In this document: piece by piece, positions 22,311 to 33,441 of the stretch
Layout of the letters: each line of letters starts with the position of its first letter
How positions within the stretch are numbered: the first letter of the stretch is position 1
DNA from: Selaginella moellendorffii
Lineage: Eukaryota > Plantae > Lycopodiophyta
NCBI RefSeq assembly: GCF_000143415.4
Contig: NW_003314485.1
Span: 1-37,778 of the forward strand
DNA length: 37,778 nucleotides
Reading direction: 5' to 3'
The notes under the pieces: model-generated
Database searches by the model: none
The model's input: only the letters and a program-made list of their open reading frames with translations
What the model was told of the DNA's origin: nothing
Program-made: the position numbers and the translations under genes

Positions 22311-24659
22311 TTAGTATCAGGAGTTAATCTTTGGGACAAACTCAAAACAAATCTAGACACTTTCCATAAATAGCATTTGGGACTAGAATGAAACTAACAC
22401 AAAGGGCATGATAGTGAGGGTGTTTGACAGATACTGTAAGCTATCATTTAGTGAATATTGAGGGACCAATTTCAATATCATGGAGGTTCCTAACACTAAC
22501 AAGTGCAAGTCAACATCATGAGTTTCTCATCACCATGTCAAGTCTGCTTGACAAATGACAACTAAGGATTTCCTTCTTTAGTGCCCTTCCAGTCTAAGTG
22601 CACATGTGATGATTAGTTTCTCAACTAGCTTAGGCAGAGACTAATAAAGGGTCTAGCAATACCGACCTCTTGCCGTCGTGGCAGTAAAGAAAGAATATCT
22701 GAAAGGACAGCCAACAAGTAACTTTCGATACCCAAAGTCACATTTGCGATAAAAAAAACTCAAAAATCTATCAAACAAGCTTGAGTAAAGACTTGTATTG
22801 ACCATTATTGCATATTGGCAAAGAGGCTAGAGAGAAATTTTCCTTGAAAAGCAATTTTTGTCTAGATCTAAAGCAAAGTTTTCCACAAATTAACTATTAT
22901 ATATTTTAAAAGCTACCTAATGTCATTCCATAAATAAATTGATCTAGAATAGGTTATCATGCATTAAATAATTTTACTTTTGTGTTGATTCTACAAAGCA
23001 ATTTCAAGGAATGGTCCTCATGCCCCCATTCAAATTAGTCCCTAGTGTTATCCATTTAAAATAGGTTTACCTAAAATCTACCAAGAGCAATAGGCCACTC
23101 TTTCTAATTCCACAGTTGTAAGGGCAAGGTTAGCTATAAGCCAAAGGGTAAGACCCACTATGAAATAGGCAAGTTACTATAGAATTAGCTATCATGCACC
23201 AAAGACCTTGCATTGAATTAATTTTAACCACATTACATGGGCAGAAAGGAAAGGTCTTCCTACACACTTAAGTGGAGAGACAACCTTCCACAGTCCTAAT
23301 AAAAGTTGAATGGAGGAATTGGGGTAGACAAAATAAGGATGTTTACCAACGATCCACCACACTATTAGAAGATACATTTTTCTTATAGACCCAGACAGAA
23401 GTTGATTGATCCCCGCTTTATGTGACTAAGCAAAAGTATAAGAAAGCAAAAACTAAACTATCTTGTATACCTAACAAAGCCAATAAATGATAAATTTAAC
23501 TAAATTGCTTAAACAACTCAATGAATTATCGAGTGAGATACTTAACAATATTTTGCTTAAGGTATACAAAAGTCTAACTCCTAGTACTTTTATTATTGTC
23601 AAAAAAAGTGTGATAATACACCTAGATTACTTTGTAGGTACACAGTGTAAGCAAAATTTATATCTATGGAATTACCTATACAAAAAGAAAATAATACCAA
23701 GATTCTTCCTAGATAGAGAGATAGTCTACTTATCCGAGCTAGACACAAATTTTGAGTATTATAGTCTGCAAAGGATTTATAAAATTCTACCTATTAGACA
23801 ATTACTAAAATCTTATGTAATCTTAAGCAAATAAGTTATTGTAGGAATTATAACAGTTCACAATAAAGCTTGGATACCCATAAGCAAAAATACACTTGCT
23901 GATAATTTGGCTAATAAACATTGGATTAATCCCGAATCTAGATTGATAAGCAACAAAATTTTGTGGAGTAAAAGTCATGGGTGAGCAAAATCATTAGTGC
24001 CACATAATCCAAAAACTCAAGAGTATGATACTAGCTTCCACATCCACCGATGCAAAGTGTATCACAATGCTCAACCAAGAAAATTAGATCATGTGTTAGG
24101 AACTTAACGATCTACGCTAAATTGTTGAGCTTGTCACTATAAAGACTAAGCTCAACAACTTGGAGCAAGATTTGGAGAATCCGACTACCTAAAGGTAGAC
24201 AATAACTTTGTCATAGGGGAGTGATGAAGAGATAAATGTTTTAGCTTATGTATCTTCCTATACAGAGCACTTAAGCAAAATGGAGTTACATCTAAGCTTA
24301 GACATCCAAAAAAGAAAGACCCGACCTAGGCAACGCTTGTCATAGATAAGTGTGAAGTAGTTAGGAATACTTATAAATTTATGTAGTATATAAATAACAT
24401 TTAGATGTATTGGAAAAAAAACCCCACTCACTGTTATATACATTTGCATTAAATTAACCATCTTTTTTCCCATCTATGACTGTTGAGTTGAGAGAGTGAC
24501 ATGCTTGTCCTTACTCACACTTTTTGGGTTCGAAGCTGAGTTCTTTTCTATTCTTTTTCTCTTCTTCTCTTTTTTATATTTTTGTCTCTATTTGTTTATC
24601 ACTATTTTGCAGGCAGGGGTAAGAACACAAGTATAGGCAGAAAAAACCTTACTCAGCTG

Positions 24660-25230
24660 CCCAACTGGAACATCTCATATGCTTCTGCCACCTTGGTCCT
24701 ATCATATGCACAAGAGAACAACTTCTGGATCAATGAAGCTTGGAGACGTATGCCTCATATTGGGACTGGCACTTGCAGTTTTAGTATAGGGATGTCTTTG
24801 CAATGAGGCTGATCCCAAGATCGCTCTTCAACCATGAACAAGACCTCCTCCCAAAGGCCATGATGCATGTCATGACCGAGCTGCAAGTTCCAGATACGTA
24901 TGCAATCCTGGGGGGTGGGAAACTGGGAGAACCTCAAGACAGTGCTATGAATCCAGCATATCGTAATGGACTGTGGCTGCTTGTATTGCCCCTGACTTGG
25001 CAGGACAGTGTGATGGTGGCAGAGATGAGGGCTGCTATGAATCTAGTGTCACAGGTGAACAAGCTCTTCATCACCAAGCCCCAGGACTTATGTGAATGAG
25101 GCTGATTACAACGAGCCCAATTGGCAGCAATCCTTTAGGAAGAACTATCCTCACCTATACCACATCAAGCACAAGGTTGATCCTACCAATTTCCTTACGT
25201 GCCATCACAGCATGGGTAGCAAATTCAACT
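24660..25230 (+). pseudogene. C-terminal fragment of an FAD-linked oxidase (berberine-bridge-enzyme domain)
   Basis: RLIPRSLF...SAMNPAYRNGLW...NEADYNEPNWQQSF..NYPHLYHIKHKVDPTNFLTCHHSMGS; frameshifted. Confidence 0.8.
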
Positions 25231-25429
25231 TAGAATCTAGTGAAGAACATAGTGATTCCATACAAATGTTGAAATGTTACAGTGAAGAACAGCAACAATC
25301 ATCTTATGGGAACCATCAAAGAACAGCTAAGAAGCAAACAGAATCATGCTCAAGAGGCATTTCCATCTCTATGAAATTTGTAAGTTTTTCTTTATTTGTG
25401 CTTAGAGTCTTAAGTTAGATGTCCCTGCA

Positions 25430-25755
25430 GGTATCTAAACAATTACCTCACTAGAGGAATACCAGCAGAACTTTCGTACTTGTGCAATCTAGAAGTCTTG
25501 TAAGCTCAATGCTAGTTGTCCTCACTTGCTGATTCCCTTCGTGCTTATGCAGGTACTTGTCATACAACAAGCTTACAGGTCCAGTACCATAGGCACTTAA
25601 AAGCATACTAAAGCTAATGTACCTATGTGGTCTTTATGCCTCTATAAATTCTTCTCACACAAAAGCTTTTTTTTCTCATAGATACCTAGATCACAATGCT
25701 TTGAATGGCCAACTATTGTCAGCCTTCTATAGCCATCCGAGCCTGAAAGAGCTTA
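25430..25755 (+). pseudogene. Three ~72-bp LRR exons of a plant LRR protein fragment
   Basis: Exons translate to approximately GIPAELSYLCNLEVL, YLSYNKLTGPVP*ALKSI and YLDHNALNGQLLSAFYSHPSLKEL, separated by short introns. Confidence 0.7.
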
Positions 25756-26319
25756 GGTTCGAGGTTGAGTTCTTTTTTATTCTCTTCTCATTCTTCTCTT
25801 CATTTTCTTCTTCTCTACGTTCTTGTTTCTGTTTGTTTATCACTGTTTTGCAGGCAGAGGCAAGAACACAAGTATAGGCAGAAAAAACCTTACTCAATTT
25901 CTTTAAATATACTTGGAAAAAGAAATGCTTGCATATTACTAAAGCCAAAGAGGTACATCGCATGAGTAAGGATAAACATATGTCACTCTCTCAATTCTAC
26001 TTTGCACAAATAGTCATAAGTGGGAGAAAAGATGGTTAATTCAATGCAAATGCATACAATAGTGAGTGGTTGTCTAAATGCTACTTATATATTACATAAG
26101 CTTATAACCATTCTTAATTACTTCATGCTTATCTGTGATGAGCATTGCTGTGAAATTGTGTAAAAGGATAAGGAAAACTAGTAAAGAACATATAACCTCT
26201 CTCTTGCTCTTCCCTTTCCTTTCATTCTTGCTGCTTCTTCTCTTCCTCCATGTTCTTCATTCTGGTGTACATGGGACATTGTCTTACAGCAGCTGGAGAT
26301 TTTGCACTCATAGTCGATC

Positions 26320-26430
26320 TCGCAACATGTTCATTTTCCAGGAATACCTCAGCTTCTGGATCATAGTTGGGCAGATGAAACCAGACCCAACGAAATTGGA
26401 TGCAATCCAAAACTGGCCAGTGCCTGCTAC
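26320..26430 (+). mobile_element. Small Gypsy pol fragment (RT-RNase H connection)
   Basis: MKPDPTKLDAIQNWPVP. Confidence 0.5.
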
Positions 26431-26441
26431 AATGATTGGTC

Positions 26442-27202
26442 CTAGGAACTGGTCCTAGGAACGACACAAACTTGTAATGGGGTCTTGATCCAGTTAATAG
26501 TGCCATGACATTCTCGAAGGAGGTAGTCTTCACTCGGTTTGCCTGGAACAAAGCTCCAGTCAAAAGCATGGACCAAATTGGACACCAAAAGCTGGACAGT
26601 CTTCAAGCCCAGCTGCATTCCCGCACAAGCCCGTCGCCCGGATCCGAATGGAAGCAACTCAAAGTCCTGGCCTTGAACATCCACGGACTTAACAAGAAAC
26701 CTCTCCTGCCAAAACTCATCTGCCCTTTCCCATACCCCTCGCTCTCTTCGGATTGAGTATACATTGACAAACGTGAAGGCATTCTTTGGGACGTGAAATC
26801 CGGCTATGGTGCAAGTCTGAGTCGACATGTGAGGACTGAGGAGCGGCAGAGGTGGATGGAGACGAAAAGCTTCCTTGATCACCGCGTTGAGGTAGTCCAG
26901 GTTCTGGAAATCGGGCTTCTCGATCATGTGACTGCTTGATCCCACCACTGCATCGAGCTCTTCCTTGAGCTTACTCAGGACTCGGGGTTGTGAAGAGCTC
27001 CAGAAGGGTTCATTCGACAATGCAAGTGCTTGTATCAGTCCCCATAATGGTGAGTTCCTGCAGATCAAAATGGTTTTGAGATTGGTGACCAAAACAAGTT
27101 ATGTGGGGAAACATACAAGGGCTACTGCCTTGATGAAATCCTCCCTGGCTGCTCCTCTGTGCTCTAGGTTTTGCAGCATGATATCCATGAAGTCCTTGTG
27201 TC
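26442..27202 (-). pseudogene. Cytochrome P450 (CYP71-clan/A-type) 3' fragment
   Basis: KEAFRLHPP (ExxR), degenerate PERF (WQERF) and PFGSGRRACAG heme motif. An upstream exon reads KDFMDIML...IKAVAL. Frameshift and stop in the I-helix; 5' half absent. Confidence 0.88.
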
Positions 27203-27288
27203 TAATACTAATACTAAATTAAATTTTTATATTGTTATTCATAAAAATATATAGAAGTTAGCAATCCAAGATCACGTCCTAGCTTGCA

Positions 27289-27560
27289 TCAACAAATGGA
27301 CTGCCAGTAGGACAGTAGTTTCAAGCAAAAGAGTGCTTGGAGTGCAGAACGTTAAAGACAGTGGTGCATCTTCTCTTGAAATGCAATGTGGCCAAGGAGA
27401 TGTGGCAACATATAGCGAAAGCAGCTAGGGGGTTTGGAATCATGCAAATCCATGAAGGGGATGTCACTCAATGGTTTCCCGGCCTAGCACAGGTTTAGAT
27501 TGACAAAGGATTGGCTGTTGGGGACAAATAGGATAAGGCACAAGAGTTTGATGGGATACA
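27289..27560 (+). mobile_element. LINE (L1-like) zf-RVT fragment
   Basis: Manual translation NGLPVGQ*FQAKECLECRTLKTVVHLLLKCNVAKEMW (CxxC..HxxxxC). Confidence 0.55.
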
Positions 27561-27779
27561 GTGGGTGGAAGAAATGCATAATCCAACATCCTGCTCCCTC
27601 TATGGTGCGCTTAGTGCTGCACCTTAAATGTTTAATGACTAACTCTAAATTAGTAATGTTAAATTTTAATTAGTAGATATTGTTAACAGATATGTTAATG
27701 ACTATAATTTTATAATTAGCCAGTGAATGAATGCATTGTGTTTTATGTTTGTGTTTCTTATATATCTTTATAATTTTAT

Positions 27780-28254
27780 TCATTCTCTTTCGTAATATAG
27801 TTAAATTGGAATATATAAATCATGTTCAAGATAGTATTCTTTCTTTTTCTGATCTTATTCAGAGAACTAATAGTAAATTAAATTCTTTTATTTTTTGTAT
27901 TATGGTTGGTCTTCTTTCAAAAGAGAGAGAATGTGAAAGATGTCATCTATCAATGAGATATCAATCTGATAATCGAGGTTGTAAAGATGGTTTGAAGTGA
28001 AATTGCAATACCACAAAATCTTTTAGAACTAATACTTGATTTACAAATAGTAATCTCACATTTGCTCAAATTTTTGTTAATGCATTAAAATGCTACAAGA
28101 TCAAGCTCGTATTGAGTGTAGTATTAAAAGTGAGCACATGATAACAAATTGGTACAACTTTTGTCATGATATTTATGTTATCACATTACAACAAGGTAGT
28201 CAAAAGATTGGTGGTCTAGGAAGAATTTTGAAAATTGATGAAAGTAAATTTGGT
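27780..28254 (+). mobile_element. Degenerate Merlin/ISXO2(IS1595)-like transposase, N-terminal fragment
   Basis: GLLSKERECERC...NWYNFC...QKIGGLGRILKIDESKFG, then abrupt truncation; very AT-rich. Confidence 0.65.
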
Positions 28255-29614
28255 TAAGCAGATCGACTAGGCCATTTTCGGTACATTCGTCCGAGGCATA
28301 GGATCATCCGCCAGGTAACCCAGTACCGACCACGACCAAAACGATTTCCCTAAACAATTCCTATGTCACCTCCTACGGTTTGGGTGTCCGGGGGGTACCT
28401 TTATCATGGAAGACGAGGATTAGTAATGCAATCTCCACTAGCTCTATCTCTCATTTTGTGAAAGTATGAAGCTAGGTTTCAAAACTGAACTGAGATTTGC
28501 ACGACTGATGCTCGCGAGCCAATGTACTCAGGTACATGCCCGGGCCGCACATCAGAAGTGACTTCCAACGATTAGAGCTAAGGAGCATGCTCAACCTGAT
28601 TGCTATCTGTTGACTCATGGATCTCGCCGTCTGGACCAGTCGCTGTCATCCTGTCTTTTTTCTAAGCGGATGATTAGAAGCTGGAACAGTCGATATCACA
28701 AGCACTACCTGGGCAGAGTCAGTGAGAGCCCCTTGTGTCGCTGTGGTATTTAGTTCCAGCGCTCTGGCCGAGAGAGATTCCTACGGGCCAAGGGTGAAAA
28801 GACGCAAAAAAATGAATCGTTTGTACCCGTTTTTGCGTGGCCAGGAATGCGGTAGTGAGATTCCTTGCGACCTTAGTGGTGGGTGTAAGCTCGTTTTGAG
28901 CTATTCCCAGACAAACACTTCATTGGCGCTGCTCATTCTTGCGGTGCACAACGAAGCGGCTGTTGATCCTGGAGTGGGCGGGAAGTGTGCGTGGTTGTGC
29001 TAGCGCACAGCCTTGCAGCGGCCCAAGCTTGCTCTGCTTGTGGGTGCGCTCCTGGAGAATGCGGCGGCGGCAGATACAAGCGAGAAACCCTAACGTTAGG
29101 GTTTTCCCCGTCGCTTCATACCTTTCGGTGTGAGAAATTCCAGCGCCCGCAGCCATGAAGTCGAATAGCTACAGCTTGTAATTAGGTTTGCCTATCCGTA
29201 CAGCGTGTTTCTTCGCGCGAGATTCTGTGAGGAATCCAAGGTTTTGTTTTTTACCATGCCACGTCTACTCATGTATCCCATTAGTTTATCTATGGGGAAA
29301 CAGAGTTTTCTGTAAGTAAGGTTTCTTTAAAAAAAAAATTTAAAGAAGGCCCTTTTTTGTGCATGGGATCTGTCTCAGAATGAGAGAGCAGCAACTTGTG
29401 TTGTATTTTTATTTTCTAATCAAAACACAGTTATAGTCAATGGTACGCCCACACATCTTAGTTCAGTGCGTAACCAAGGACTGCATGGTAAGTTTGGGGG
29501 AACTAATTCTTTTGTTGTTCACAGTCCAAAGAGGCATAGATATCAAATCTATTATGTTTCGATATGATGCCAAAGTGATGGATAATCCTGTCTAGAAGAC
29601 AGAGTTCCTGGTGC

Positions 29615-31747
29615 TCAGCTTGAGTTTGCTGAGTCGTCGAGCTGTGGTGGGCGATTGGCCGGCTCTCTCCAGATGTCAAAGAGAATTTCTATGACTGCTT
29701 GCACCGGTGTCAGGGGGCTGGTGAGAATGATACGATCCAGACCACTAAGGATGAGTCGTCTCAATGCATAGCGATGGAATCCTTTTTCCACAAAGCATTC
29801 AACGAGATTATCAATCTCAAGGATGATGCCACTGGCGGTGTTAATCAGATAGAAAAGCGCAAAGACTTGCCCCAGGATTACTTTGGATGAGTTTGCGATG
29901 GGTCGGTTTGAGTCTCGATGAATGTACAGCGAGACTTTGAATGGAAGTGATCGACGCTTGTCATATTTTGTGGTTAAGAAAGTACCATCAACCCGTATGA
30001 CCTGGATCTGAAGGCTCAAGAAGTGAGCAGACAGATTCATGAGCGAGCCGTCCGTGCCTATGAGTGGATTATCCATCTCATTTTGCATGGCAAGGAATCG
30101 TAATAGATATATCCAGAACGGATTTCCTTCAGATTCGACTTGATCAGGGTCAAGGAAGTGGAGGATCATGGGGTTATTCATTGACACCAGATCGTCCATG
30201 TACCGGAAAGTGTGTTCGAATAGGCGCAGCAGATCGTACCAGCCTAAACGAGCGAGTCGAGTGATAAAGTTATACTCAAAGTAGAATAGGTACAGGTTAC
30301 ACCACAAGGGCGAGCACGAGAAGCCCATAGGAATCCCTCGGACTTGTCTCCATACTCTGTTACCAAGACGGACATATGTGTTCCGGATGATAAAGTGATT
30401 TAGCTCGATGACCTTCATTGGATCCATTCTGGTAGCCTTTACTAATGAGCGGCGTAGAGGTTTCCATTCGGCCTCAAACTCGCCGTTTTTCTTTTGAATC
30501 AGAAAAAGGTCTTTATGGAGGTGGTTTTGGTGCGCGAACGCCAAATTGACAAGGTTTGTCATGGCCATCGTGAGTCCTTGATCGCCCTCGAGGGGGATGG
30601 CCTCATAGCACTTCGTGATATCTCCCGTATAGATCGTGGTGATCCTATCGGGAAGATTAATCACGAACTCCTGTGTGGATCCAAGGATCCAGCACGTGTT
30701 CGTTTTTCCTCCAAAGAATTTTGCCCGTGCATAGAAATCATCAGCTATGTTTTGTAGTGCCTCCTGTATCCCTTTGAGGATAGCCGTTAGGCAGATAGTG
30801 ATTTCAGAGAAGACACATCCATCTGCATTTGTTAACCAGCGCATTTTATTCTTATGCGCTTTATAGATTCCCATGAGGTAAGGGAGATCTGGTTGTTGCG
30901 GTGGGAATTCCTGTAAGGGCGGTTCACCGAGCAGTTGTTTTATAACTTGCTCAGGCGTCTCAGGGACATTATTGTCTGAGACTACAAGTGAGAAGTCGTC
31001 GCTATTCATCCGCGCAAGCGCTTCTTCGCGGGCTAACATTTTGCAAAAGAAGGTGGGTGTGTTGGCTGCTTTATCTGCGCCACTGATATATAAGTGTTTA
31101 TGTACCCACTCCAGTTGCCGTCTTGCCTCGGGGGTGGTCATCACATCAACCGTCGGGGTGGTCTAGCAATTTTGTACTGCCATTCGAACCTGGTAGTTAA
31201 TATGCTGTTTAACAGCAGCTTCATTGCTTGGCCAGTTGCAGATGTAGACATCGGGAATTATACTGGCAATCCGATCCCAAGCATCACAGACTTTGGCAAT
31301 GATTTTTGCTGTCTGGAGTGGTTTCGGGGTGATGTGATTGAGACCTTTCTCGATGACATTCGTGAGTATGCGTGAGCCAAGGATCTTTGGATCCAATGTA
31401 CGCACATGTCCAGTCTCGTCGAGGTAAGTCACCCATGGCCATCGTTTGCATTCGCAAACCAGTGGTTCAAGAGTGTCCCAGTTACAGAAAACCTCTTTGG
31501 GTTTATAGAAGTCGTGTTTGATCTGGGGTTCATACCTCCAGCCAAAAACGATGGGATCCAGGAGTTCCGCGTCTAGGCCAATCATTTCCAGGCACTCCCT
31601 CATGAGAGTGCGGATACTGATCCTCTCGAATCCGGCACTAATGTATCGGAGGTGTATGAATTTTCGTTCGCACTCCGTTCCCTCTTTGACCAGCCATTTT
31701 CGTCCGGCCAAATGATGGATGTAGTGTAAGGTACACTGTGGAAGCAA
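29615..31747 (-). pseudogene. Penelope-like reverse transcriptase (one in-frame stop at 31163-31165)
   Basis: ADKAAN, YKAHK, YTGDITKCYEAIP, RQVRGIPMGFSCSPLWCNLYL, FRYMDDL, AHFLSL, YDKRR. No C-terminal GIY-YIG domain. Confidence 0.88.
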
Positions 31748-31802
31748 TCACGAGAGCACTTTCATTAGCTACCAATCATGGAAGGAGAAAACAGAAATTT
31801 AT

Positions 31803-33356
31803 TTATCGCTGCTTTCTTGCACCAAGCCTTTTGCGTAGCCTTTGTTTGTTCGAGCTTGCATTGGCCTCAGACGTTTTGGAGATTGAAGGTGGTGTGCCCG
31901 TCTCCTGTGATGTGAGTCCCGTGGATGTTTGTCCGTCGGGACGATCACGTTTCCCATTCGGTGGTAAGCCTCGAGACCTTGCCAGCGTGCGTTGTGAGGA
32001 CGGTGTAGGTGAGAAAGCTCCATTGCTTTCGCTACCGTCTCGTCGTGAAGACGTTGGGGATCTGTACTGCTGGACAGGGATGAACTTACATATGTTCATC
32101 TTAGTCTGTCCATGTGGGATGAACTCCAGATCCGGGTTGGCTGGTTTTTTCGCCAGCTCAATAGCGGCTGCTTGCATCCATTCTCGGATTTGAAATCTGG
32201 AGGATCACTTGCGGATTAGCCGTGAGTAGGGACAGGAAGATGGCGAGGCGGTCTGACGATGTCAAGCTTGAGTCTGGCCAGTACTTGTCCAGGTTGTTAA
32301 GCATGTACCAGAACAAGGAGTCAAGCCAGACAATTCCTCCTTCACATCCCTGGCAATCGTAGCGACAGTACAGGCGAAGCTGATTCCATGTACGTTGATC
32401 TCCTTGTGATAGGTTCCAGCTTTTTGTATTCAAAAAGGCATCACCATCACAGCGTCCATGGAAAGCAGCCTGCTTGAAAACCTCATCCGCAGTCTTTTGG
32501 AACGGGATAGCCGGTTTGTAAGCATAGTTCCCCAGCGTTGCATGTATGATGCTTCCAGTGTCTGTTTTGCCCACTGTACTGCATCCGGTCGTAACAAAGC
32601 CGCCATCTGGATCCAGTCGGATGCCTCCAAGGGAGATGTCCATCCTAAAGGATTCGTGAGTGTCCAGAACTTATGTGGTTCTGGAAGGCGGTGGGAGGCT
32701 GCATCGAGAACTCATGTGGTGGCGAAGGGAAATTTCCATCCACTCAAATTCTCCAATGGGTCAAACATGATACGACCATTGTCGATGTGGTCCACATTTG
32801 CTCCTTCCAGAGTATCCGGCTGTGACAGGATGAGTCCAATCATGAGCGTCCGTGCACTCTGGCTCAAGAACTCAAAACCATTACTAAGGTCAATCTGTGG
32901 TTTCCCCAGATCAATACCCTTCCCATATGAGCCTTTATACCTTGTAACCCGGTTGTACTCTTGGGACCATTGGAGCATTTTCCAAGTAATCCTTGGTTCG
33001 GCGGAGGAGAAATTAACAAGTTCTTTTTCCATGTCCGCCATCCACCATCGTAGTAGAGCCTGATTATCATTGACTCGATCGGTAAGGAGTGTCCAGACTA
33101 GGCACCACCATTCTTTGGTTTCAACCTGCTGGAAGAGGCAGAGGTATCGCTTGTTCTCGCCAACCGCCTCTGATTCCGGCACCGTGAGCAGCTTGTCCGC
33201 AATCTTTTTCTCATATGCAAAGATCTCGCGTAAGCGCTCAGGTTTCCTTGCGGCTAAGAGCAGTAAGAAGTACTGCACTGCCGGGACGGGAGCCACAAAA
33301 TCATCAGTGTTCGCGTACTCCGTCATCTCGGGTAGCCAGAAATCCTGGAAAACCAC
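31803..33356 (-). pseudogene. Disrupted N-terminal coding region of the PLE, function unknown
   Basis: Consecutive same-strand ORFs (214, 161 and 124 aa) colinear with the RT; no recognised domain. Confidence 0.5.
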
Positions 33357-33441
33357 GCATCAGCCCATATCCGGTACGGCGGGAAAGTAGGGATGGATCG
33401 CATGGCATTTTGTATCGGCAGCCAGGTATCACACCCTGGCA

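Larger units (their letters stand above)
24330..26148. repeat. Composite structure: ~185-bp diverged inverted repeats enclosing ~130-bp direct repeats and gene fragments
   Basis: 24330-24517 is inverted relative to 25963-26148; 24527-24655 is a direct repeat of 25756-25896. Confidence 0.7.
28255..33441 (-). mobile_element. Penelope-like retroelement, Naiad/Chlamys-type; 5' end interrupted
   Basis: PLE-type RT preceded by the CECK...DETGHVRTLD...EKGLN motif, a long disrupted N-terminal region and ~1.3 kb of downstream non-coding sequence. The boundary at 28255 is approximate. Confidence 0.7.

Noticed and set aside
22400-24250. Possible decayed retroelement pol or the 115-aa ORF as a gene
   Set aside because: AT-rich and stop-ridden with only faint motif hints; not supportable.
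28255-29614. Hammerhead ribozyme expected in PLE pseudo-LTRs
   Set aside because: No CTGANGA...GAAA core was found by eye on either strand; an Infernal search would be decisive.
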